Part shown: one piece after another, positions 26,135-33,650 of the stretch
How positions within the stretch are numbered: the first letter of the stretch is position 1
Layout of the letters: every line of letters starts with the position of its first letter
Assembly: GCA_934462885.1 (NCBI GenBank)
Contig: CAKSJC010000002.1
Location: forward strand, 1 to 33,650
DNA length: 33,650 bases
Source of the DNA: an uncultured Eubacteriales bacterium
GTDB lineage: Bacteria; Bacillota; Clostridia; Oscillospirales; CAG-272
Reading direction: 5' to 3'
Position numbers and translations under genes: made by a program
Notes under the pieces: model-generated
Told to the model about the DNA's origin: nothing
Database searches by the model: none
Seen by the model: the letters and a program-made list of their open reading frames with translations, nothing else

Positions 26135-26166
26135 TCTTTCGGAAAAGAAGAGTATAAAACCGACTC

Positions 26167-26814
26167 TTACTTCCGTCCGAGATTAAAGTTCAGAATGAAG
26201 CGGCAAAACGGTGTCGAGTTGTATTTTTCCAGTATATAATATATAAGCTTTGTCACGTAGAACGCGGCGACGGCGGAAAACGCTCCGATTATCGCGGCGG
26301 CTATTACGTCAGTGGGATAATGCGCCATAAGATAATTTCTGGACGCCGCCATAAGAACGATAACTAAAGCGGCAGGAACAATGTACTTCTTTCCCCGTGT
26401 GAGGCAAAGCGCGATCATCCCGGCGGCAGCGGCGGTAACATGACCCGATGGGAAAGAGAATCCGTCTTCTGCTCCGAATCCGATAAATTCTCTGAAAGCC
26501 ATATATGCCTCCGAGGAGTCAAACGGTCTCGGACGAGCCACCATATCTTTTATTATGATGTTTGTTAAGAGCGCGCCGCAGCATACGGCTCCGAATACAC
26601 AGATGCCTGCTTTCCTCGTTTTTCGAAACAGCATAAGTATTACGGCAAGCGCGAAAAATATGATCCCCTTTTCTCCGAGAAAGCTTATAATCCGCGCAAG
26701 CGGAGTGAAGAATCCTCCCGCACTCTCCGCGAGAGAGTGAAATGCACCGAGGATCGCGTTGTCAAACGGCGCAAACGCCGTATTCAGCCAATTTGCAAAT
26801 GATGTAAGTTCCAT
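26167..26814 (-). CDS. PAP2-family lipid phosphatase (undecaprenyl-diphosphatase / phosphatidate phosphatase-like)
   Basis: The canonical tripartite motif is present: KDMVARPRP, PSGH, SRNYLMAHYPTDV. Multiple TM helices. RBS AAGGAAAAGGAAA. Confidence 0.85.
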   Translation of the reverse strand: MELTSFANWLNTAFAPFDNAILGAFHSLAESAGGFFTPLARIISFLGEKGIIFFALAVILMLFRKTRKAGICVFGAVCCGALLTNIIIKDMVARPRPFDSSEAYMAFREFIGFGAEDGFSFPSGHVTAAAAGMIALCLTRGKKYIVPAALVIVLMAASRNYLMAHYPTDVIAAAIIGAFSAVAAFYVTKLIYYILEKYNSTPFCRFILNFNLGRK

Positions 26815-26844
26815 TTTCCTTTTCCTTTTTGTTTATTTTTCATG

Positions 26845-27492
26845 TTAGGCGGAAAAGTCCGCACTTTCTTTTATTCGGCTTACAGCCGACTCGACCTCAA
26901 AAGCGTCCGAGATAAGTCCGAGAGCCTCGCACAGATTGTTCGCGTTCATCCCGCGCGGTAAGCCAAGTTCCGTACACAGCGCGTCGCGAAGTTTTGCCGC
27001 CCCCTCTCCTCCTGTAAGACCGAGAGAATACATGAACGCTTTCGTAACCGGCTTGCGGCAAGAGGATTCATCGACCGCCCCTCCTGCTGTTCTGTCATTT
27101 GTCGCCTCCGAGAATTCGGGATGAGCTTTGGCGAATTTCTCAAGTATATCGGATAATGTACCGGCGGATATCCCCTCTACTCCGAGCAATCCCTCCTTTG
27201 AGGGAGTTTTTTTTCGGCGTTCGACTCCTTTTATTTGCGGAACGTAGAGATTGTATACCGTTATCCCGTCAAGAAATCCCTTTAAGTGAGAGCGGATCGT
27301 CCGCCCGCCGCCGTCGCTGTCGCACAGAACGATCAGTCCTCGTTCACCGAGTCGGCGCAAGAGAGACTGCTTTTCGAGGTCATTGAATATGGAAAAACCG
27401 TTCGTTGTGATTATCACGGCGTCGGTCACTCCCGAAAGCCGCGCCTTATCGTATTTCCCCTCGACGACTATCGGTATGTTTATGTGTATCAT
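26845..27492 (-). CDS. Toprim-domain protein, ribonuclease M5-like (Toprim + DUF4093-type C-terminus)
   Basis: IVVEGKYDKARL and CDSDGGGRTIR (Toprim E and DxD). The C-terminal LGLTGGEGAAKLRDALCTELGL resembles the RNase M5 tail. RBS GGAGGGGAG. Confidence 0.6.
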   Translation of the reverse strand: MIHINIPIVVEGKYDKARLSGVTDAVIITTNGFSIFNDLEKQSLLRRLGERGLIVLCDSDGGGRTIRSHLKGFLDGITVYNLYVPQIKGVERRKKTPSKEGLLGVEGISAGTLSDILEKFAKAHPEFSEATNDRTAGGAVDESSCRKPVTKAFMYSLGLTGGEGAAKLRDALCTELGLPRGMNANNLCEALGLISDAFEVESAVSRIKESADFSA

Positions 27493-27512
27493 CGGAATCT
27501 CCCCTCCATTCT

Positions 27513-28592
27513 TTACGCCTCTTTCGGAGAGTTATCCGAAGCGGACGGTCCGATCTCGCGTACAAGCGAACAGATAAGTCTTTCTACTGCCGCGTAGCCA
27601 AGATTTGTTGATTTCAAAAGAATATCGCATTTGGCACACTCTTCGAGAGCTTTTACGAAATAAGCTTGCGGCAGAAGGCGCGCTGCATTCATATAAAGTC
27701 CGGCTTTATATGAATGTATCTTCATCTCCCGTGAAAAGTCAGCCTTATCGCGTCCTTCCGATATATATACGGCCGCCGCGGCAAGGTCGCAGAACACCTT
27801 CGATATCTGTCCCATAACGTATATCGGATCGTCGCGGCGGCGTTTTTTTACGCCAAGACACTCAAGCGCTCCCGCTCCGTCTCCCGCAAGCACGCAGTTG
27901 GCGAGACGAAAAGCGTCGTCCTCGTCGGTTGTTGTAACGCATGCGTCAACGTCGTCATATTCTACCGTGCTTTTCCCCAAAAAGGCGGCGTGAGCGGCGA
28001 CTTTTCCGATTTCACCCGAAAGGCGATACATACTTCTTCCGCAACGCGCTATGATTCGCGAAGCGACGGGAGACGGCGCATTTAACGAGTAGCTTGCAAA
28101 ATGCCGCATCATCCACCCGATGAGTTTTGTTTCGGTTCGGTATTCGAAGTTTACGCATTTCATGATTTTTGAAGCGTCGGTAAGAAACGAAGAAGGTTTT
28201 TTCGCGTTTCCGTACTCAAAGCCGCCCGCATAGACCGAGAGAATAAACACCGTGTCAGTAATTCCGTTTTCGAAAAAGCCGCGCACGGTTTCGAGAAGTT
28301 CGGCCTTTTCTTTTTTATCCCGCGCGTCCAGAGAATAATATGTCAGAGTAACAAGTTTTTTTTCGGACATCACGGGAGGCGACTCAAGAGCGGACAGGAG
28401 AGCGGAAGCTCCGCCTTCATCCTCTCTCAGAGAAATTACGTTAAACTCCTCGAATTCGCGGTTCAAAACGACAGATGATTTTATCTGAGAGATAAAATAG
28501 TTTTTCATGTAGTCTTCATCGCCGTAGAAAAAATACGCCCCGCAAGCTCCGGCAGGAGATTTCAGTTCGGATCTAAGCTCTGCTTCCGTCAT
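27513..28592 (-). CDS. holA: DNA polymerase III delta subunit
   Basis: YFFYGDEDYMKNYF..., LESPPVMSEKKLVTL, and a later RLSGEIGKV block follow the HolA layout. The stop lies 20 nt before the next start. Confidence 0.65.
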   Translation of the reverse strand: MTEAELRSELKSPAGACGAYFFYGDEDYMKNYFISQIKSSVVLNREFEEFNVISLREDEGGASALLSALESPPVMSEKKLVTLTYYSLDARDKKEKAELLETVRGFFENGITDTVFILSVYAGGFEYGNAKKPSSFLTDASKIMKCVNFEYRTETKLIGWMMRHFASYSLNAPSPVASRIIARCGRSMYRLSGEIGKVAAHAAFLGKSTVEYDDVDACVTTTDEDDAFRLANCVLAGDGAGALECLGVKKRRRDDPIYVMGQISKVFCDLAAAAVYISEGRDKADFSREMKIHSYKAGLYMNAARLLPQAYFVKALEECAKCDILLKSTNLGYAAVERLICSLVREIGPSASDNSPKEA

Positions 28593-28773
28593 TTTTCACC
28601 GCCCCCTCGGGTAAGATATTTAATACTTCTGATTTTTTACAGAAAAAAGCAAAAAATGTAATAAAAAAATGATATAATGTAAATAAACGATTATATAATT
28701 TTATATAATCAATATAATGAAAGCGTTTTCCGCTTTGTTTTTGCTGATTCGCTGATAATGAAAGGAAAAAGTT

Positions 28774-29889
28774 ATGACCAATGTGCTTGATTATCTCCGT
28801 TGGAGAGGAGACCTGTCATTTGAAGCCTCCCCTTTCTGCGAGATTGACAATCTTATTTTATCAATGCTTTCTTTCATCGATTACAAGGATATCGTGCCGG
28901 AAAGCAAGCTCGGAATCCCCAAAAAACTTTCAGAGTGTTTTGAAGAAAACAGGCAAAGATACCCGACAGGCGAAAAATTCGGCGAAATAATCCCCGATTC
29001 GTTAAACAAGCTTTTTGAGCTTGCCGCAAATTCCAAACGTTTTTCTTCCATTTACGTCACGGCGTACTCCGCGGAATTTGACGAGGAAAATTATATGCAG
29101 TTTGCCGCGGTAACGTTTATTCTTCCCGACAATTCACTGTTTGCGGCGTTCCGCGGAACGGACGATACTCTCGTCGGATGGCGTGAGGATTTTAACTTAA
29201 GCTTTACTCACCCGGTAAAATCTCAGACTAAAGCGGTCGAATATCTCACGGATACCGCAAGCATTTTCAGCGGTCCAATCCGCACCGGAGGACATTCCAA
29301 AGGAGGGCACCTCGCGGTGTATTCGGCAGTATTCTCACCTAAAAATATAAGAGACCGTATTATAACGGCATACAGCAACGACGGTCCCGGATTTATGGAG
29401 GGATTGCTCGAACGTGAAGAATTTTCGGAAATGAAAGATAAAATAGTCACATATGTTCCGCAGTCGTCGGTCATAGGCATGCTTCTCTGTCACAGCGAGG
29501 ACTACCGCGTTATAGAAAGCACCATCGAAAACGGACTTTTACAGCACGATCCGTTTTCGTGGAGCGTTATGGGAGATCATTTTATCCATCTTGACTCGCT
29601 CTCGAACAAAGGCAGGCGAAACAACGAAGTAATAAAAAAATGGCTCTCCGGACTTTCGGGTGAGAAAAGAAAAATATTCACCGACGCGCTGTTTAATGTA
29701 CTCGATTCGACAGGCTCAAAGACCGTGACAGACCTCGGCGAAGGGCAGATAGCCAAAATAGGTATGGCAATCCGTGCGATGAGCGAACTTGACCGCGAAT
29801 CCAAAGACGTAATGAACGAGTTCATCCGCCGTCTCATAGAAGCAAGTCTCGCTTTCCGAAGCGAACAGAGCCCTCAAAAGAAAAAATAA
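28774..29889 (+). CDS. DUF2974 / Mbeg1-like alpha/beta-hydrolase (lipase-like)
   Basis: The N-terminus VLDYLRWRGDLSFEASPFCEIDNLILSMLSF is characteristic of the family. GGHSKGG provides the GxSxG elbow. Confidence 0.75.
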   Translation: MTNVLDYLRWRGDLSFEASPFCEIDNLILSMLSFIDYKDIVPESKLGIPKKLSECFEENRQRYPTGEKFGEIIPDSLNKLFELAANSKRFSSIYVTAYSAEFDEENYMQFAAVTFILPDNSLFAAFRGTDDTLVGWREDFNLSFTHPVKSQTKAVEYLTDTASIFSGPIRTGGHSKGGHLAVYSAVFSPKNIRDRIITAYSNDGPGFMEGLLEREEFSEMKDKIVTYVPQSSVIGMLLCHSEDYRVIESTIENGLLQHDPFSWSVMGDHFIHLDSLSNKGRRNNEVIKKWLSGLSGEKRKIFTDALFNVLDSTGSKTVTDLGEGQIAKIGMAIRAMSELDRESKDVMNEFIRRLIEASLAFRSEQSPQKKK

Positions 29890-29907
29890 CCCGGAATTTC
29901 CAACTAC

Positions 29908-29936
29908 ATTTTATCACATTATGCGCTCGAAGTCAA
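29908..29936 (-). promoter_or_regulatory. near-consensus promoter-like element pointing antisense into the DUF2974 gene 3' end
   Basis: Minus strand reads TTGACT-17 nt-(TGa)TAAAAT. No minus-strand CDS lies downstream. Confidence 0.4.
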
Positions 29937-30176
29937 CGAGAAGCTTGATTAGATCTCCGTTCTGAAGCGGCTCGTCAAACGGTTTCGAAACGGTTCGGAC
30001 AGCCGTAAATTTTCCCTTCTTTTATAGGATCAAATCAAAAATGCAGCAGCTCATCGCAGTAACCTTATCCGGTTTGCCCGTTGCTTACCGTCGGATTCTG
30101 CGTTGAGCCGCTTTTTTATTCGTTTTTTTACGCCTGCAATATGCGCCAAGAACTCTCTCCTCACGCCTTTCCCCCG

Positions 30177-30205
30177 TTGACACGGTTTGCTCGGAGTGAT
30201 ATAAT
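30177..30205 (+). promoter_or_regulatory. consensus sigma-A promoter upstream of mnmG
   Basis: TTGACA-17 nt-(TGa)TATAAT, with both hexamers and the extended -10 perfect. Confidence 0.7.
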
Positions 30206-30369
30206 TGTAGTCGATTACATAGGCGTGCGCGATTTATTTTTCCCACGCTGCGGCGCCGCAAAAATCAGCCGCCGCCTCAAAAACCGGTATAAAACAAACT
30301 TCATAAATCAGCTTATACGAAGCAGACTTCGTAAATTAACTTGACCTGTATCGGAGGTTTTTCTTTTAT

Positions 30370-32265
30370 ATGAACAGAACAGATTACGACGTCGCCGTAA
30401 TAGGCGCGGGACACGCGGGAGTTGAAGCGGCGCTTGCTTCAGCCAGATGCGGACTGCGAACCGCGCTTTTCACGATGTCGCTCGACGCCATAGCGAATAT
30501 GCCGTGCAATCCGTCGGTAGGCGGTACCGGCAAAGGACATCTTGTCTTTGAGATAGACGCAATGGGCGGAGAAATGGGATACGCCGCCGACTGCGTTACT
30601 ATGCAGTCGCGTACTCTAAACACGGGAAAAGGAGCGGCTGTCCGCTCAAAACGCATACAAGCCGACCGCAGGCGCTATTCCGAACTCATGAAGCAGACAA
30701 TAGAAAAAACTCAAAATCTTACGGTAGTTCAAGCCGAAGTCACGCGAATCATAACTGACACCGACTCCGGCGGACGCCTCTCGATAGTCGGACTTTATGC
30801 GGAGCCGTGCGGCGAGATCTCCTGCAAGGCTGCCGTCATCTGCACGGGGACATACCTCGGCGGAATGACCCACGTCGGAAACGTAAAGCGTTCCTCCGGA
30901 CCCGACAATTCTCTTCCGGCTATCGGACTTACGTCATCTCTTTCGGAACTCGGAGTGGAGCTGATGCGCTTCAAAACGGGAACTCCCCCGAGAATACACC
31001 GCCGTTCGATAGATTTCGACGTGCTTGAGAAGCAAGAGGGGGAGGACTATATTACTCCGTTCTCCGTCCGCACGGACGCAGCCCGCCTCAACTCGATAAA
31101 ACAGGTGCCGTGCCACATCGTTTACACGAACGAAAACACTCACAACATAATAAAAGCAAACATACACCGCTCCCCGCTTTATTCGGGACAGATTCACGGC
31201 ACGGGTCCGAGATACTGTCCGTCAATTGAGGACAAAGTTGTCCGTTTTGCCGACAAGGAACGCCATCAGCTTTTCGTGGAACCTATGGGATACTCGACGG
31301 ACGAAATATATCTGCAAGGTTTTTCGTCGTCTCTCCCCTCGGACGTGCAGCTTGAAATGCTCCACTCGCTGAAAGGATTTGAAAACGCTGAAGTCATGCG
31401 TTTTGCTTACGCGATCGAATACGACTGCATAAATCCGCTTGAGCTTATGGGAACGCTCGAATTCAAGAAAATAAAGGGACTTTTCGGCGCAGGACAATTC
31501 AACGGAACTTCAGGCTATGAAGAAGCGGCGGCGCAGGGACTTCTTGCCGGAATGAACGCTTCCCTCTTCGTGCGCGGAATGAAGCAGATCGTTCTGCCGC
31601 GCCACTCGTCGTATCTGGGAACGCTCATAGATGATCTTGTAACAAAAGGAACAAACGAACCGTACCGAATTATGACAGGCCGAAGCGAATATCGGATCCT
31701 CATCCGTCAGGATAACGCGGAAGAACGTCTTTCTGAATACGGACATTACGCGGGGCTTCTCTCCGACGAACGATATGCGGCGGCTCTCGAACGCACGCGC
31801 GAGGTGCGTGAAGAAGTTGAGCGCCTTCGCCATGTCAACATCGGCCCGTCGTCGGGAATAAACACTCTTCTGCGGGAACGGGAAACTGCCGAAATCACCT
31901 CAGGCGTTACGTTATGTGAGCTTATACGCCGCCCTCAGCTCGACTATGACGCGACAGCGCCATATGATCCCGCGCGTCCCGAGTTGTCTCGCGGCATACG
32001 GGAAAGGGTTTATGCCGAAATAAAGTACGAGGGTTATATTAAACGTCAGCTTGAGGAGGTAGCGCGTCAGCATAAATCCGAAACGACCGCGCTTTCTCCG
32101 GATATCGACTACTCAAAGATAAAAGGACTTCGCATAGAGGCGGCTCAGAAGCTTGACCGTGTTAAGCCTCTTACCGTAGGACAAGCGGCGCGCATATCCG
32201 GCGTGAATCCCGCCGACGTGACCGTTCTTCTTATATGGTTGGAGCAGTATCGTGGAGAAGAATAA
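30370..32265 (+). CDS. mnmG: tRNA uridine-5-carboxymethylaminomethyl(34) synthesis enzyme MnmG (GidA)
   Basis: YDVAVIGAGHAGVEAALASAR (FAD motif), GPRYCPSIEDK, GQFNGTSGYEEAAAQGLLAG. Confidence 0.95.
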   Translation: MNRTDYDVAVIGAGHAGVEAALASARCGLRTALFTMSLDAIANMPCNPSVGGTGKGHLVFEIDAMGGEMGYAADCVTMQSRTLNTGKGAAVRSKRIQADRRRYSELMKQTIEKTQNLTVVQAEVTRIITDTDSGGRLSIVGLYAEPCGEISCKAAVICTGTYLGGMTHVGNVKRSSGPDNSLPAIGLTSSLSELGVELMRFKTGTPPRIHRRSIDFDVLEKQEGEDYITPFSVRTDAARLNSIKQVPCHIVYTNENTHNIIKANIHRSPLYSGQIHGTGPRYCPSIEDKVVRFADKERHQLFVEPMGYSTDEIYLQGFSSSLPSDVQLEMLHSLKGFENAEVMRFAYAIEYDCINPLELMGTLEFKKIKGLFGAGQFNGTSGYEEAAAQGLLAGMNASLFVRGMKQIVLPRHSSYLGTLIDDLVTKGTNEPYRIMTGRSEYRILIRQDNAEERLSEYGHYAGLLSDERYAAALERTREVREEVERLRHVNIGPSSGINTLLRERETAEITSGVTLCELIRRPQLDYDATAPYDPARPELSRGIRERVYAEIKYEGYIKRQLEEVARQHKSETTALSPDIDYSKIKGLRIEAAQKLDRVKPLTVGQAARISGVNPADVTVLLIWLEQYRGEE

Positions 32266-32508
32266 CCAAAGGCGTAATCACCCCCGAATTTAAGCTTTAC
32301 CCGACGTTTTTCGCGCCTGTCCGTTTGTAATGTGAATTTGTGAATCTGTGCGTTTGCACTCCGCGCATCTGTAAAAGGTTCATACTTTATTTTACGAATT
32401 TCCGACTCATGCACGGCTAAAAATGGAAATGCTTTTCGGTCAGGCAATACGGCAAACGGCTTAACTCTGTGAAAAACAAAAAAATGAAAATATTATTTTG
32501 AGGTTACA

Positions 32509-33650
32509 ATGAAAATTTCAGAAAAAACACGCGCTCTGTGTGAGCGCGCGGAGTTTGAATTAAAAGATATTTTTGCGCAAATAGATGATATCGCACGAAA
32601 AAACACCGAACATGTTCTCGACTGCTTCCACGAATGTGAGATATCGGAATCTCATTTTGCCCCCTCCACCGGCTACGGATGCGGAGACCGCGGACGCGAC
32701 ACCATTGACCGTCTTGCTTCCATGATATTCCGCGCGGAAGCGGGATTCATGCGCCCCTCTCTTCTGTCGGGAACTCATACGCTGACAGTGGCGCTCTTCG
32801 GCATACTTCGTCCGGGCGACGTTATGCTGTCGATCTCCGGAATGCCTTACGACACGCTGCGCGACGTTCTGGGAGTCGGAGACGGCTGCGAAGAGGGCGG
32901 TTCTCTGCGGGATTTCGGAATCGGCTTTGAAAAAGTAGAGCTTTCCTCCGACCGCCGCGAGCCTATCGATTACCCGGCAATGCGCGAGGCAATGAAAAAG
33001 ATCGGCGGAAAGCTGAAAATGGTATATGTTCAGCGTTCTAAAGGATATGCAGATCGTCCTGCTCTCTCAACAGCTCAGATACGCCGCGCGGCTTATATGT
33101 CTGCAAAATTTGCGGCGGAGCTTGGAATTGCACGTCCCGTTTTCATGACCGATAACTGTTACGGTGAATTCACGGAGCTGTACGAACCTTGTTATGCGCC
33201 TGCTGCGGACGAGCTTCCCGCGGACATTATAGCAGGCTCTCTTATAAAAAATCCGGGCGGCGGAATGGCTGACGTCGGAGGATACATCGTCGGAACACCC
33301 GAATGCGTACACTTATGCGGAAATCGTCTGACAGCTCCCGGTGTGGGGCTTGATATAGGCGCCTCTCTCGGACAAAACCGTAATTTGATAAAAGGCTTGT
33401 TCTATGCGCCGCACACCACCGCTCAGGCTTTGAAAACCGCTCATCTCGCCGCTTATATTTTCGCGGAAATCGGGCTTCGCGTCGATCCGCTCTGGAACGA
33501 GACTCGTCACGATATAGTTCAAGTAGTTGAGTGCGCCGATCCCGCGGGGCTGTCCGCGTTCTGCCTCGGCATACAGTCCGCCTCACCGATCGACGGTCAT
33601 GTAATACCCGAAGCTTACGAAAGGCCGGGATATGCCGATCCTGTTATCAT
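32509..33650 (+). CDS. methionine gamma-lyase-family PLP protein (YnbB / 'aluminium resistance protein' family), 3'-truncated by the window edge
   Basis: This ORF is not in the ORF track because it has no stop within the window. ATG 32509 follows GAGG. STGYGCGDRGRDTIDRL..., LLSGTHTL.VALFGILRPGD, GSLRDFGIGF and IKNPGGG match the family pattern. Confidence 0.75.
   Translation, partial: MKISEKTRALCERAEFELKDIFAQIDDIARKNTEHVLDCFHECEISESHFAPSTGYGCGDRGRDTIDRLASMIFRAEAGFMRPSLLSGTHTLTVALFGILRPGDVMLSISGMPYDTLRDVLGVGDGCEEGGSLRDFGIGFEKVELSSDRREPIDYPAMREAMKKIGGKLKMVYVQRSKGYADRPALSTAQIRRAAYMSAKFAAELGIARPVFMTDNCYGEFTELYEPCYAPAADELPADIIAGSLIKNPGGGMADVGGYIVGTPECVHLCGNRLTAPGVGLDIGASLGQNRNLIKGLFYAPHTTAQALKTAHLAAYIFAEIGLRVDPLWNETRHDIVQVVECADPAGLSAFCLGIQSASPIDGHVIPEAYERPGYADPVI

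Noticed and set aside
28658-28685. A dif-like XerCD site: TAATGTAAATA resembles the XerD arm TTATGTAAACT.
   Set aside because: It matches only 8 of 11 positions on the XerD arm, and the putative XerC arm (GTAATAAAAAA) has no resemblance. The match is most simply explained by AT-rich promoter DNA.
29965-30113. A 9-bp inverted repeat AAGCGGCTC / GAGCCGCTT, 132 nt apart and followed by T6, suggesting a large closed RNA domain or terminator after the DUF2974 gene.
   Set aside because: A 9-mer inverted match within a 480-nt region is expected by chance about once every two such regions. The interior shows no convincing nested helices.
30081-30344. An 87-aa ORF in the mnmG upstream region.
   Set aside because: It has a TTG start and no ribosome binding site. 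The consensus promoter at 30177-30205 lies inside it, and the translation has no recognisable features.
29890-30369. A possible oriC or DnaA-box cluster, because mnmG (gidA) is often origin-proximal. The TGTGAAT repeats at 32331-32353 were considered here too.
   Set aside because: Only weak partial boxes are present (TTATCACAT, TTATCCGGT, TGTGAATTT). There is no cluster of TTATCCACA-like sites, no dnaA or dnaN, and no rsmG or parAB context.

Overview
This window reads as ordinary core chromosome of a Firmicute, probably Clostridia-like. Supporting signs are GGAGG-type ribosome binding sites, many near-consensus TTGACA/TATAAT promoters, an SLH-anchored surface protein and a DapL-type diaminopimelate pathway. 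I call 28 protein genes: two tandem esterases, GH31 and GH36-type glycosidases, a lipid kinase with a CrtO-like acyltransferase, an AEC transporter, and a cell-wall amidase. The rest are a GNAT, LuxS, citrate synthase, a large SLH/Ig-repeat protein, TrkH-TrkA, Na+-decarboxylase beta and gamma-like subunits, DapF-DapL-AAC(3)-like, DUF1292, RNase Z, MetA, PAP2, an RNase M5-like Toprim protein, HolA, DUF2974, MnmG and a YnbB-like lyase truncated at the right edge. Several ORF-track starts (TTG/GTG or ATG without a ribosome binding site) were trimmed to downstream starts that have Shine-Dalgarno sequences. I found no rRNA, tRNA, CRISPR array, transposase, integrase, phage gene or recognisable defence gene. 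I do not see a convincing multi-gene novel system. The best candidate for something undescribed is an orphan GC-rich, multi-helix element with its own minus-strand terminator in the 456-nt gap between the DUF1292 gene and rnz (about 23783-24005). Secondary observations are an amidase carrying repeated His/Cys modules, an AAC(3)-like gene translationally coupled to dapL, orphan decarboxylase membrane subunits, a long structured trkH leader, an antisense near-consensus promoter, and small repeat or hairpin clusters in intergenic regions. All functional calls rest on motifs recognised by eye and none is database-verified.
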